A DNA stretch of 64,000 nt from Desulfobacterales bacterium (GCA_018399715.1 JAGYNR010000002.1:5687-69686), one strand, 5' to 3'; positions 34,888-44,960 are shown, counted from the stretch's first letter. Program-made: numbers and translations. The notes: a model not told the origin generated them from the letters alone.

Positions 34888-36471
34888 ATGGAAAAAAGGT
34901 TTACTGCCGTTATCATCATTTTATGTTTTGTGATGTTGTCATGCAGCGATTCGCCGGAAAAACCGGAGACCACAACTCAGACAGATACGGCAAGAGAGAA
35001 AACTGTTATAACAGCGGAAAAGAAAGAACAGGCAGAAAATACCCAAAAAAAAGATGCGGTCCCGGTAAGTGATGCAACCCTGGATTGTATTAGCTGTCAT
35101 GAATCCATACATCCCGGTATTGTCGAGGACTGGAAAAACAGTAATCATGCTGTGGTAACACCTGCCCAGGCGTTACAGAGGAAAGAGTTGTCGGGTAAAA
35201 ACATCTCTGAAAATTTTCTAAAATGTTCAGTTGGCTGTGCAGAATGCCATACCATGAGAACCAAAGCCCACGCCGATACATTCTACCACAATGGCTATGA
35301 TGTTCACGTTGTAGTGAGTCCGGATGATTGTGCAACCTGTCATCAACAGGAAGCTAAGCAGTATGCGTTGAACCTGATGTCATTTGCGCACAAAAATCTC
35401 GAAGATAATCTTTTGTATCAGGATCTTCAGAGAAATATACTTGGAGACCCGGTAACCAAAAATGGAAAAGTTTACTTTGATCCTGCCAACACAGCAACTT
35501 CAGAAGAAGCCTGTCTTTATTGTCATGGAACCTGTCTTGAGGTAAAGGGCACCGAAGTTCGGAAAACGATGCTGGGTGAGATGGAATTTCCGGTACTATC
35601 CGGGTGGCCTAATCAGGGAGTCGGGAGGGTCAATCTTGATGGTAGTCGTGGTTCCTGCACTGCCTGTCATACCCGGCATCAATTTTCCATTGAAATGGCC
35701 CGAAAGCCGTATACTTGCAAGGAATGCCATGTCGGTCCCGATGTTCCTGCTTCCAAAGTGTATGCTTCCAGCAAGCATGGCAACATTTTTTCCGCCATGC
35801 AGCACAAATGGGATTTTTCAGCAGAACCATGGACTATTGGAAAAGATTTTAGTGCACCCACCTGTGCAGCCTGTCATATCAGCAAACTGATAAGTACCGA
35901 CGGTATGGTCGTTGCGGAAAGAACCCACCGGATGAGCGATCGGATTCCCTGGAGAATTTTTGGGTTAATCTATGCCCATCCCCATCCAAAAGAACCTGAT
36001 ACCACACAGATTCGCAACCAACAAAATTATCCATTGCCAACGGATCTGGATGGCGGATTTGCTGAAGATTTTCTTATCGGTAAGGAAGAAATGGAAAAAC
36101 GAAAAACAACCATGCAGGGTATTTGTTTAAGCTGCCATGATACATCATGGGTCGATGGCCACTGGTCCCGGTTTGAAAATGCCATTGCAAAAACAAATGA
36201 CCAAACGAAGTTTGCCACACAAATTTTGATGGAAATCTGGGAAAAGGGATATGCCGGTGGCATTCCAACGGGAGAAAGTCCCTGGGATGAAGCAGTCGAG
36301 AAAAAATGGACCGATATCTGGCTGTTGTATGCCAATACCACCCGGTTTGCCTCGGCCATGGGGGGCGGCGGTGATTACGGTGTTTATTCCGACGGTCGTT
36401 ATCATTTAACCAAAAGAATTATGGAAATGCAAGACTGGCTTGAAATGAGAAAAAGGATTGATACGCGGTAA
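34888..36471 (+). CDS. octaheme c-type cytochrome, hydroxylamine-oxidoreductase (HAO) family-like, lipoprotein leader
   Basis: Eight CxxCH motifs: CISCH, CAECH, CATCH, CLYCH, CTACH, CKECH, CAACH, CLSCH. CKECHVGPD...YASSKHG resembles the HAO-family heme-6 region. Leader MEKRFTAVIIILCFVMLSC has a lipobox-like LSC. Confidence 0.85.
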   Translation: MEKRFTAVIIILCFVMLSCSDSPEKPETTTQTDTAREKTVITAEKKEQAENTQKKDAVPVSDATLDCISCHESIHPGIVEDWKNSNHAVVTPAQALQRKELSGKNISENFLKCSVGCAECHTMRTKAHADTFYHNGYDVHVVVSPDDCATCHQQEAKQYALNLMSFAHKNLEDNLLYQDLQRNILGDPVTKNGKVYFDPANTATSEEACLYCHGTCLEVKGTEVRKTMLGEMEFPVLSGWPNQGVGRVNLDGSRGSCTACHTRHQFSIEMARKPYTCKECHVGPDVPASKVYASSKHGNIFSAMQHKWDFSAEPWTIGKDFSAPTCAACHISKLISTDGMVVAERTHRMSDRIPWRIFGLIYAHPHPKEPDTTQIRNQQNYPLPTDLDGGFAEDFLIGKEEMEKRKTTMQGICLSCHDTSWVDGHWSRFENAIAKTNDQTKFATQILMEIWEKGYAGGIPTGESPWDEAVEKKWTDIWLLYANTTRFASAMGGGGDYGVYSDGRYHLTKRIMEMQDWLEMRKRIDTR

Positions 36472-36510
36472 GATAAAAAACAAAATACGCAGAGTATCAA
36501 ACTTTTTTTT
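36458..36510 (+). terminator. intrinsic terminator of the octaheme cytochrome gene
   Basis: TTGATACGCG (36458-36467) pairs with CGC-AGA-GTATCAA (36488-36500; 10 bp with a 3-nt bulge, 20-nt loop). It is followed by ACTTTTTTTT (36501-36510), and the stem includes the stop codon. Confidence 0.5.
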
Positions 36511-36566
36511 AAGGTTAACTGATATTTTGCATAACCATCAATATAGATAAAGAGAGGGATTTAACC

Positions 36567-36941
36567 ATGGCAATAGATACAACAGAGGCAATGAGTCCGG
36601 AAAAAATAAAATCCCTCATAAAGTCTGAGTTGCCAATTTTAATTCAAAATGATTCCGAGATACAAGCGTTTATCATGAAACTCGCGGATCAAAGATTTGC
36701 GGATAAAAAGCAAACCAAAGGGCGTATCGAACAACTGATAGAGGAACTAAAGCGGGATAGAGAGGAAGACAGGCGCAAATGGACAGAGGCCAAACAGGAA
36801 TTTATTCGGCTTCATGAAGAAATCATGGCAATTGCCAAAAAACATGATCGAATGGTCGGTGCTTTTGGTGCCCGCTGGGGATTGCAATCGGAGACAACAT
36901 TCAGAAATGCACTGGCGGGAATATTGACAGATGACATGTAA
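36567..36941 (+). pseudogene. probable N-terminal remnant of a coiled-coil/PD-(D/E)XK-type (DUF3782-like) protein
   Basis: A coiled coil, then MVGAFGARWGLQSETTFRNALAGIL. This matches the remembered LGARWG..SEEAFR....GIL linker that normally precedes a nuclease-like domain of about 100 aa. Here the ORF stops 4 codons later. Confidence 0.4.
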
Positions 36942-37122
36942 ATGGTATGCTGTTTGTCCGTTAAGAAGCTGGGAACGGCAGGGAAAAATATCGGATAAAT
37001 GGAAAAATGAGTATTGTTCAGCGGAAAAAAATTGGAAATTATGTAAAAGATATCAAATGGAGGAAAAGGGGATTCCTCACGCTAATATTTTACCTGATGG
37101 TAGCAGACTTTCTGGCTCGTAA
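36931..37122 (+). CDS. small Cys-rich protein (C-W-Y..CP ... YC ... C.RY family seen in anaerobes)
   Basis: MTCKWYAVCPLRSWERQGKISDKWKNEYCSAEKNWKLCKRYQMEEKGIPHANILPDG has four Cys in a conserved-looking spacing. It overlaps the previous ORF by 11 nt in another frame. Confidence 0.55.
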   Translation: MTCKWYAVCPLRSWERQGKISDKWKNEYCSAEKNWKLCKRYQMEEKGIPHANILPDGSRLSGS

Positions 37123-37195
37123 TATTCATCATTGAAAACAAATCGTACAATTTTCTTTCCAAAGTTACCCCCTTATGAATAAGAGAGTAAAATCG

Positions 37196-38149
37196 ATGAA
37201 AACCATTCTTGCAGCCGATATAGGGGCTACGAACAGCAGATTCGGACATTTTGTCTTAGATCAGCGGAGCACTCTTTCCAAAAAGGGCACCATATGGTTT
37301 GAGACCAAACGGTCCTCATCATTTGTACAACTTTTAAACCGGCTTGATAAAGAAAATTTTTCGCTTACCCCTCAGCAAGCTGATATGGTGGTTATAGCAG
37401 TTGCCGGACCGGTGGAAAGAAAAACATTTAGTTCTCCTCCTTTCATTTCCTGGACCATTGATATTACCAACGCATTCGAGGATTGTGGAATCAGAAGGTG
37501 TTTTCTCATTAATGATTTTGTTGCTCAGGCATATGCCTGCTGCTCTCCTGTCGCAACATCAAAAACGGTTATTCTGAATGGAACAGCAGATTCCGGAGCA
37601 GCCCTGGTAACACTTGGGGCCGGGTCTAATCTGGGCAAGGCCGTACTGGTACCTGATGGACATGGTGGGTTTATTGCGTTGCCATCCGAAGGCGGCCATA
37701 CCAATATGCCGCTGGTTTCCGATCAGGAACTTGAATTTAGCCAATTTGTATGTGCCTTGACAAAAGAGCCCTATCTGACACAAAATACGGTTGTTTCAGG
37801 TAAGGGTTTGAGTTTTATTCACCATTTTCTTACGGGCGAACAGCTTGACCCTGAGACAATAGGAGAAACGGTTAACGCTAATGATGAAACTGTCCGGTGG
37901 ATGGCTACATTTTATGCAAGGGTCTGCAGGAATTTTGCTCTGGATTGCCTGGCCATGGGAGGCGTGTACATCACCGGCGGGGTAGCCGCCAAATTACCCC
38001 TGCTGATCAAGCATCCTTCATTTGAAAAGGAATTTCAAAATTCCAAAACAATGGAGCATATCCTGATTAAAATTCCGGTTTTTTTGATGACCGACGAAGA
38101 AAACGGGCTGTGGGGTGCTGCATGCTTTGGAAAACTGCAACTATTCTGA
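37196..38149 (+). CDS. glk: glucokinase
   Basis: MKTILAADIGATNSRFG (cf. the Glk N-terminal GDVGGTNARL motif) and the later GGVYITGGV. I prefer the start at ATG 37196 over 37175 by comparison with Glk N-termini. Confidence 0.8.
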   Translation: MKTILAADIGATNSRFGHFVLDQRSTLSKKGTIWFETKRSSSFVQLLNRLDKENFSLTPQQADMVVIAVAGPVERKTFSSPPFISWTIDITNAFEDCGIRRCFLINDFVAQAYACCSPVATSKTVILNGTADSGAALVTLGAGSNLGKAVLVPDGHGGFIALPSEGGHTNMPLVSDQELEFSQFVCALTKEPYLTQNTVVSGKGLSFIHHFLTGEQLDPETIGETVNANDETVRWMATFYARVCRNFALDCLAMGGVYITGGVAAKLPLLIKHPSFEKEFQNSKTMEHILIKIPVFLMTDEENGLWGAACFGKLQLF

Positions 38150-38184
38150 GTTTTATTGCGATTCGCGGATAATCAGTCTTTTCA

Positions 38185-38291
38185 AGCAATTCTAATTTTT
38201 CCAGCAGTTATAATTTTGACTCTTTTTCAGCAACCGAATTATTAACCATTAAAGATTTTTCTGAAAATAAAATCAAAATTTGAATTGCTGG
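38185..38291. repeat. family 2 repeat, short copy
   Basis: The left end is AGCAATTCTAATTTTT plus CCAGCAGTTATAATTTTGAC (38185-38220), a tandem partial and full terminal repeat. The right end is ATCAAAATTTGAATTGCTGG (38272-38291), which is inverted. Confidence 0.6.
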
Positions 38292-38401
38292 GTCTTTTCG
38301 CAATGTCTTTACGAAATCGGTTACCTGTGATAAAAAAATGAATAAATTTAAAGTTCAAAAAATTTAGAATTTACAAGATTAGAAGATTAGAAAGTGAATA
38401 G

Positions 38402-38902
38402 ATGCGGGTTGGAATCGGGTATGATATTCATCAATTAGTATCAGGGCGAAAACTGGTGCTGGGGGGGGTCACAATCCCATTTGAAAAGGGACTTCTGGGA
38501 CATTCCGATGCTGATGTTTTGCTTCATGCTGTCTGTGATGCCATTTTGGGAGCTGCGGCGCTAGGTGATATCGGTCGTCATTTTCCGGATTCATCAGATG
38601 AGTTCAAAGATATCTCGAGTATTGTATTACTCGAAAAAACATATGAGATGATTAAAAAAAAAGGATTAAAAGTGGTCAATGTAGATGCCACCATTTTTGC
38701 CCAAGTGCCCAAACTGTATCCGTTTCATACCAGAATGGAAGAAAATATTGCCCAAATAATTGAATGCGGGATAAATCAGATTAATATAAAAGCAACTACT
38801 GCTGAAGGACTCGGACCTGTCGGCAGGAAAGAAGGCATTGCCGCTGTCTGTGTTGTACTTCTTTCACCAAGAGAATATGTTGGAAATGGGGAAAATGAAT
38901 GA
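38402..38902 (+). CDS. ispF: 2-C-methyl-D-erythritol 2,4-cyclodiphosphate synthase
   Basis: MRVGIGYDIHQL...GHSDADVLLHAVCDAILGAAALGDIGRHFPD, the canonical IspF motifs. Confidence 0.95.
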   Translation: MRVGIGYDIHQLVSGRKLVLGGVTIPFEKGLLGHSDADVLLHAVCDAILGAAALGDIGRHFPDSSDEFKDISSIVLLEKTYEMIKKKGLKVVNVDATIFAQVPKLYPFHTRMEENIAQIIECGINQINIKATTAEGLGPVGRKEGIAAVCVVLLSPREYVGNGENE

Positions 38903-40341
38903 TGACAATTCGGGTTTATAATACGCTGGGAGGGAAAAAAGAAACATTTGAAACCGTCGAACCCAAAAAGGTCCGGATGTATGTTTGCGGCCCAACGGTT
39001 TATGATTATTCTCATATCGGTCATGCCAGGTCTGTGGTTGTTTTCGATGTTATCGCCCGATATTTGACGTCTCAGGGATATGATGTCAATTATGTGCGAA
39101 ATTTTACGGATGTGGATGACAAGATTATTCAACGGGCAAATGAACTTCAGATGGATTCATCGACCGTAGCGGAAAAGTATATTGAAGAATTTAATAAGGA
39201 CATGGGAGCATTAAATGTCCAAAGGGCCACTTATGAGCCTAAAGCCACCGAGCATATCTCAACTATTATTCATATCATTGAAAAAATCTTTCAAAAGGAG
39301 GCTGCCTACCAGGTTGATGGTGATGTCTATTTTTCTGTGGCATCTTTTCCCGAATATGGAAAACTATCAGGAAGAAAACTTGAAGACATGGTTGCCGGTG
39401 CAAGAATCGAGATCAATCCCCAAAAACGAAATCCCATGGATTTTGCCCTGTGGAAATCGGCAAAGCCCGGAGAACCCTCATGGGAAAGTCCATGGGGAAA
39501 AGGCCGGCCCGGCTGGCATATCGAATGCTCAGCCATGAGCAGTCGCCTTTTAGGTGAAACTATCGATATTCACGGCGGTGGAAAAGATCTTATTTTCCCT
39601 CATCATGAAAACGAAATCGCTCAGTCTGAAACGGCATTCGGCAAACCCTTTGCCAAATACTGGATTCACAATGGATTTGTTAATATTAATCAGGAAAAAA
39701 TGTCCAAATCTTTGGGGAATTTTTTGATGATAAAAGATGTTATCAAATCTTTTCATCCCGAAGCAGTCCGGTTTTTTCTTTTGTCGAATCATTACAGAAG
39801 CCCGATCGATTTTTCTGAAAAAGCCATGGAAGAAGCGACCATCGGACTGGAAAAAATCTATTCGCTTCTACAACGACTGATGGATCAGTTCGGTACAAAA
39901 CCGGAAACAAAATATTCGCAAGGAAACGTTTGGGATCAGTTTTGCAAGGCTATGGATGACGATTTTAATACGGCACAGGGCATTGGGATTCTGTTTAGTA
40001 CAGTCAGGGATCTGAATCGTTTGCTGGATAACAAAGATGGCAATTTTACCGATCAGGAAAAAGAAGAAATAATGACATCATATGCTGATATATTAAGGAT
40101 CGGTAATATTTTGGGGATCTTAAGTCTTTCACCCGGCCAATATTTCCAGGAAAAACGACAAAAATATGTCAAAAAACATTCCGTTGATCCGGAGAAAATC
40201 GAACAGATGATCCGGGAGCGCACGGAGGCCAGAAAAGTCAAAAACTGGGCCAAAGCAGATGAAATTCGGGCACAATTGGAAGATATGAATATCATTCTTG
40301 AGGATCGTCCGGATGGCACTATCTGGAAATTCAAAGAATAA
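38899..40341 (+). CDS. cysS: cysteine--tRNA ligase
   Basis: MYVCGPTVYDYSHIGHAR (HIGH), KMSKS at KMSKSLGN, and WHIECSAM. The start overlaps the ispF stop. Confidence 0.95.
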   Translation: MMTIRVYNTLGGKKETFETVEPKKVRMYVCGPTVYDYSHIGHARSVVVFDVIARYLTSQGYDVNYVRNFTDVDDKIIQRANELQMDSSTVAEKYIEEFNKDMGALNVQRATYEPKATEHISTIIHIIEKIFQKEAAYQVDGDVYFSVASFPEYGKLSGRKLEDMVAGARIEINPQKRNPMDFALWKSAKPGEPSWESPWGKGRPGWHIECSAMSSRLLGETIDIHGGGKDLIFPHHENEIAQSETAFGKPFAKYWIHNGFVNINQEKMSKSLGNFLMIKDVIKSFHPEAVRFFLLSNHYRSPIDFSEKAMEEATIGLEKIYSLLQRLMDQFGTKPETKYSQGNVWDQFCKAMDDDFNTAQGIGILFSTVRDLNRLLDNKDGNFTDQEKEEIMTSYADILRIGNILGILSLSPGQYFQEKRQKYVKKHSVDPEKIEQMIRERTEARKVKNWAKADEIRAQLEDMNIILEDRPDGTIWKFKE

Positions 40342-40347
40342 TTATAA

Positions 40348-42348
40348 ATGAATCATTTTATCATAAAATCAGATTTTTCACCTACCGGAGATCAGCCCAA
40401 CGCCATCTGTAAATTGGCCGGAAACCTTTCAGCCGGCCATCGCCACAATGTATTGCTGGGGGTTACCGGTTCCGGCAAAACGTTTACCATGGCCCATGTC
40501 ATCGCACAACTGCAAAGGCCGGCGCTGATTATTGCTCCGAACAAAACCCTTGCAGCGCAGTTGTATAATGAATTCAGGTATCTGTTTCCGGATAACGCTG
40601 TAGAATACTTTGTCAGTTATTATGATTACTATCAGCCCGAAGCTTATATTCCGTCCTCGGACACTTACATTCAGAAAGATTCATCTGTCAATGAAATGAT
40701 CGATAAGATGCGCCATTCGGCCACACGGTCGGTGTTGTCCCGCAGGGATACCATCGTTGTTGCCAGTGTCTCCTGTATATTTGGTCTGGGAGCGCCTGAA
40801 GATTATCTGGCAATGCGGATGGATTTAAAAAACGGTATGGAGCTGTCCAGGGATCGGCTGTTATATGACCTGGTTGCTATGCAGTATGAAAGAAACGATA
40901 TTGATTTTCATAGGGGGGTGTTTCGGGTCAGGGGAGACCGTGTGGAGATTTTTCCGGCTTATGAGGAAGAAAAAGGTGTCCGTGTCGAATTTTTTGGAGA
41001 TGAGATTGATCGTATTTCGGAATTCGATCCTTTAAGGGGAACGGTAAAAAAGTCCTTGGAGGAGGTGACCATTTATCCTGCCAGCCATTATGTTACGCGG
41101 GAGCGAACGCTCAAAACAGCTATTGAATCCATCAAGGAGGAGTTAAAAGAAAGAATCGCAGGGTTCCGGTCCCACCAAAAGCTTATCGAGGCCCAACGAA
41201 TCGAAGAGCGGACCGGCTTCGATTTGGAGATGATGACCGAACTGGGATATTGCAACGGAATTGAAAACTACTCCCGGCATCTGACCGGAAGAAATCCAGG
41301 TGATCCGCCGCCTACGTTGCTGGATTATTTTCCCGAAGATTATCTTTTGTTCATTGATGAAAGTCACATTGCCGTTCCTCAGATTCGGGCGATGTACCGT
41401 GGAGATCGTTCCCGGAAAGAAACACTGGTGGAATACGGATTCCGGTTGCCATCCGCATTGGATAACCGTCCCTTAAGATTTGATGAATTCTCCAAAAGAA
41501 TCTCACAGGTCGTTTTTGTGTCTGCTACGCCTGCTGAGTACGAACTGCAGCATGGCTCTAAAGCGCTTGTAGAACAGATTGTCCGGCCGACAGGATTACT
41601 GGACCCGGCAATCGAGGTGCGCAGTGCCAAAAATCAGGTGGATGATCTGTTCGAGGAAATACTGGATCGTGTCAAACGTAACGAACGAATATTGGTAACT
41701 ACGCTGACCAAGCGAATGGCAGAAGATCTGACGGAATACTATTCAGATCTCGGTATTCGGATTCGGTATCTCCATTCAGATGTAACCACCCTGGAACGGA
41801 TGGATATTATCCGGGAACTTCGAATGGGAAATTTCGATGTATTGGTGGGGATCAATCTGTTACGCGAGGGCCTGGATATACCGGAGGTTTCGATGGTTGC
41901 CATTTTGGATGCCGACAAGGAGGGATTTTTACGATCCACCCGGTCACTTATTCAGACCTGTGGCAGGGCCGCCAGAAATGTTGAGGGAAAAGTGATATTA
42001 TATGCGGATAACGTAACGAAATCCATGAAAAACGCGATTGATGAAACGCGAAGACGACGGAAAATCCAGCAGGCATACAATGAAGAAAACCACATTACAC
42101 CGGAGACGATCCGGAAAAAAATTACCACGGCTTTTGAAACTTATCTGCCGGTAGAAGATCTTGATCAGCCGTTAACTCAGGTGGCTGAAAAGTCTGGCCG
42201 GTTCAATGAAAACGATGACCTGGAAGCCACCGTAAAAACCTTGGAGAAAGAAATGAAAGCTGCGGCGGACAACCTGGAATTTGAAAAAGCCGCTGAGTTG
42301 CGGGATCAAATCAAAAGCTTGAAAAAAATAATGCTGTTTGAATTTTAA
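40348..42348 (+). CDS. uvrB: excinuclease ABC subunit B
   Basis: [12 protein letters not shown] Walker A, DESH box (FIDESHI), and a C-terminal UVR domain ([13 protein letters not shown]). Confidence 0.96.
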   Translation: MNHFIIKSDFSPTGDQPNAICKLAGNLSAGHRHNVLLGVTGSGKTFTMAHVIAQLQRPALIIAPNKTLAAQLYNEFRYLFPDNAVEYFVSYYDYYQPEAYIPSSDTYIQKDSSVNEMIDKMRHSATRSVLSRRDTIVVASVSCIFGLGAPEDYLAMRMDLKNGMELSRDRLLYDLVAMQYERNDIDFHRGVFRVRGDRVEIFPAYEEEKGVRVEFFGDEIDRISEFDPLRGTVKKSLEEVTIYPASHYVTRERTLKTAIESIKEELKERIAGFRSHQKLIEAQRIEERTGFDLEMMTELGYCNGIENYSRHLTGRNPGDPPPTLLDYFPEDYLLFIDESHIAVPQIRAMYRGDRSRKETLVEYGFRLPSALDNRPLRFDEFSKRISQVVFVSATPAEYELQHGSKALVEQIVRPTGLLDPAIEVRSAKNQVDDLFEEILDRVKRNERILVTTLTKRMAEDLTEYYSDLGIRIRYLHSDVTTLERMDIIRELRMGNFDVLVGINLLREGLDIPEVSMVAILDADKEGFLRSTRSLIQTCGRAARNVEGKVILYADNVTKSMKNAIDETRRRRKIQQAYNEENHITPETIRKKITTAFETYLPVEDLDQPLTQVAEKSGRFNENDDLEATVKTLEKEMKAAADNLEFEKAAELRDQIKSLKKIMLFEF

Positions 42349-42354
42349 TTTTTA

Positions 42355-44178
42355 ATGACTACAGAGGTATTCGAAAAATTTTTAAGAGTTTCCACAAAAC
42401 CCGGTGTTTACTTGATGAAAAACAACCGGGGGGATGTAATTTATGTGGGAAAAGCCCGCAATTTAAAAAAACGCCTTTCTTCATATTTCAATAAACCTTC
42501 CCATCCGGACATGAAAACCGGCGTACTGATCAAACAGATTTCCGATTTTGATACAATCATCACGGCTACTGAAAAAGAAGCCTTTATTTTGGAATCGAAC
42601 CTGATAAAACGATACCGGCCACGTTATAATGTTGTGTTAAAAGATGACAAACGGTATCCGGTTTTAAGGCTTGATTCGAAACTTTCATATCCCAATTTAA
42701 CAGTTGTCAGAAAAATCCAAAATGACGGTGCCTTGTATTTTGGCCCCTATGCTTCCGCACATGCGGTTCGCCAAACCATCAAGTTTATTGATAAAACATT
42801 TAAACTCAGAAAATGTCGCTCCGGGGATGTAAAGCCCAGAAGCCGGCCTTGCCTTCATTATCAGCTTGGCAGGTGTCTTGCGCCCTGTTGTGTCGATGTC
42901 CCAAAAAAAGATTACGATAAAATTGTAAAAGAAGTCATTCTGTTTTTAAAAGGGCGGACTCCCGAATTGATCCGGAATTTAAAAAAAGAAATGCAAATGG
43001 CGGCGAAACAGGAGAATTTTGAAAGAGCAGCCAATCTTCGGGATAAAATAATACATCTGAAAAACACTCTTGAAAAACAGGTGTCGGTAACCACTGATTT
43101 TATCGATCGGGATGTTTTGGGGATTGCCAGATCTGACGGGCGAATACTCATTACTCATCTGTTAATTCGGTCCGGATATCTTTTAGGCTCCCGAAATTTC
43201 AATTTTTCAGAGGATATGGGGACAACCGGGGAAATTTTAGAGGCGTTTATCCGCCAACATTATGAAAAAGGACATATGATTCCAAAAGAACTTCTGGTGT
43301 CGCAGCAACCTGTAGATTCACTGTTTTTGGAAGAATGGCTGAGCAGTATCAAACAACAAAGTGTAAAAATTATTCGGCCCCAAAAGGGTGAAAAAGTTCG
43401 GCTGATCGAAATGGCACAAATGAATGCAGAAGTTGCTTTAAAAGAACTTCTTGCCGCTGTTTCAGAAATAAACGAAATTCTTTCAAAACTGGCGAAATCT
43501 CTGAAAATGAAGAATGTTCCGGAACGTATAGAGTGTTTCGATAATTCAAATATCTCCGGGACTGAAGCCGTAGCGGGTATGGTGGTTTTTGAAATGGGGA
43601 GACCCAAAAAGTCAGCCTATCGTAAGTTTAAAATAAAAACCGTAGAAAAGCATAATGATTATGCTTACATGAAAGAGGTTTTAAAACGACGGTTTGCAAA
43701 AGAAAAAAAGCAGGAGAATTTTCCGGATTTGCTGGTGGTCGATGGTGGGCGGGGTCAGCTAAATATAGCCGTTACCGTTTTGAAGGAACTGAATCTGTCA
43801 AATACATTTCATGTCATCGGTATTGCCAAGAAAGATGAAAAAAAGGGGGAAAAGGAAGATAAGATTTATGTGCCGGGCAGATCCAATCCCGTACCTCTTT
43901 TTTCAGACACATTATTGTTGCTCCAGCGCATTCGCGATGAAGCCCATCGGTTTGCTGTTACGTTTCACCGAAACCGGCGAAAAAAAACGGCCATTCATTC
44001 GGTGCTCGATGACATACCGGGCATCGGCATAAACCGAAAACGCACACTGTTGAAACAATTTAAAAGTATTGCAAATATCCGGTCAGCTACACTAGAGGAA
44101 CTTCGATCTGTTTCCGGAATGAATAAAAAAGCGGCTCAGGCTGTCCATGACGCATTGGCGGGTATCGGTAACCAATGA
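42355..44178 (+). CDS. uvrC: excinuclease ABC subunit C
   Basis: GIY-YIG (PGVYLMKN...VIYVGKA), UVR domain (ENFERAANLRDKI), an endonuclease V-like region and a C-terminal (HhH)2. Confidence 0.95.
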   Translation: MTTEVFEKFLRVSTKPGVYLMKNNRGDVIYVGKARNLKKRLSSYFNKPSHPDMKTGVLIKQISDFDTIITATEKEAFILESNLIKRYRPRYNVVLKDDKRYPVLRLDSKLSYPNLTVVRKIQNDGALYFGPYASAHAVRQTIKFIDKTFKLRKCRSGDVKPRSRPCLHYQLGRCLAPCCVDVPKKDYDKIVKEVILFLKGRTPELIRNLKKEMQMAAKQENFERAANLRDKIIHLKNTLEKQVSVTTDFIDRDVLGIARSDGRILITHLLIRSGYLLGSRNFNFSEDMGTTGEILEAFIRQHYEKGHMIPKELLVSQQPVDSLFLEEWLSSIKQQSVKIIRPQKGEKVRLIEMAQMNAEVALKELLAAVSEINEILSKLAKSLKMKNVPERIECFDNSNISGTEAVAGMVVFEMGRPKKSAYRKFKIKTVEKHNDYAYMKEVLKRRFAKEKKQENFPDLLVVDGGRGQLNIAVTVLKELNLSNTFHVIGIAKKDEKKGEKEDKIYVPGRSNPVPLFSDTLLLLQRIRDEAHRFAVTFHRNRRKKTAIHSVLDDIPGIGINRKRTLLKQFKSIANIRSATLEELRSVSGMNKKAAQAVHDALAGIGNQ

Positions 44179-44247
44179 TCGGTATCCGGCAAAAAACCGG
44201 CTGCGCATGGTGGGCAACAAGGTCGGTATCGTCACACTCTTTTCAGT

Positions 44248-44278
44248 AATTCGTTCAGGCACTAATTCTAATTTTGAC
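44248..44278. repeat. abutting remnants: family 1 half-site plus family 2 solo terminal repeat
   Basis: AATTCGTTCAGGCACT (44248-44263) is directly followed by AATTCTAATTTTGAC (44264-44278). Confidence 0.6.
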
Positions 44279-44320
44279 ACACACATCAAGATCGGAAGTT
44301 CGGCTTCTGATTCTTTTCAG

Positions 44321-44349
44321 TTGACATATTATGCACAATGTGCCATATT
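44321..44349 (+). promoter_or_regulatory. vapBC promoter candidate with embedded palindrome (possible operator)
   Basis: TTGACA (44321-44326), a 17-nt spacer, then CATATT (44344-44349). The spacer contains the inverted repeat GCACA-A-TGTGC. ATG at 44379 is preceded by AGGAGG. Confidence 0.45.
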
Positions 44350-44378
44350 TATGCATATAAAATATAGGAGGATAGGCC

Positions 44379-44579
44379 ATGAGAACAACCCTTGATTTAC
44401 CTGAAGATTTATTGAAAGAAGCCATGAAGGCGGCACATGTAAATACCAAAACTAAAGTCATTATTACAGCCTTAGAAGAATTGGTCCGGAAATCAAAAAT
44501 TTCTGAGTTAAAAAAATACAAAGGGAAAATCAATGTAGACATTGACTTGGACACTATTCGAGGACGCCAATGTCGGTAA
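44379..44579 (+). CDS. vapB: type II antitoxin, VapB-like (ribbon-helix-helix/DUF2191-type)
   Basis: A 66-aa protein. MRTTLDLPEDLLKEAMKAAHVNTKTKVIITALEELV is the typical antitoxin N-terminus. It overlaps the PIN gene by 10 nt. Confidence 0.8.
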   Translation: MRTTLDLPEDLLKEAMKAAHVNTKTKVIITALEELVRKSKISELKKYKGKINVDIDLDTIRGRQCR

Positions 44580-44947
44580 TAGTGGACACCTCAATATGGG
44601 TAGAGTACTTAAGATCTGGAAATTTTTCTGAAAAGCTCGATTTCTTTATAGATGAAAATCTTATTGTAATAAACGATCTTATTCTGGCTGAACTTGTACC
44701 TTTTTTAAGAATTCTTAACCAAAAAAAGCTAATTACCTTGTTACGAAATATCAGACGGTTGGATCTGTTTATAGATTGGAATCAAATTATCGATTATCAA
44801 TACAAGTGCTTGAAAAGTGGAATTAACGGTGTTGGTATTCCAGATTTAATAATAGCCCAAAATGCGATTCAAAATGATTGCGAAATTTTTTCCCGGGACA
44901 ATCATTTTTTCTTGATGGAAGGCATTTTAAACCTCAACATGCAGTAA
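44570..44947 (+). CDS. vapC: PIN-domain toxin VapC
   Basis: VIVDTSIWVEYL (first acidic residue), then ...AELV..., ...IPDLIIAQNAI... and ...FSRDNHF, the PIN acidic-quartet layout. It is 125 aa long. Confidence 0.85.
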   Translation: MSVIVDTSIWVEYLRSGNFSEKLDFFIDENLIVINDLILAELVPFLRILNQKKLITLLRNIRRLDLFIDWNQIIDYQYKCLKSGINGVGIPDLIIAQNAIQNDCEIFSRDNHFFLMEGILNLNMQ

Positions 44948-44960
44948 TAAGAAATGTGTC

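Noticed and set aside
35576-36405. Multiple 60-110-aa ORFs on both strands inside the octaheme cytochrome gene.
   Set aside because: They are shadow ORFs within a gene whose eight heme motifs fix the true frame.
44147-44554. ORFs 44147-44395 (plus strand, 82 aa) and 44255-44554 (minus strand, 99 aa).
   Set aside because: The first is made of the uvrC 3' end plus repeat-containing intergenic DNA. The second is antisense to vapB. Neither has a start context or a recognisable domain.
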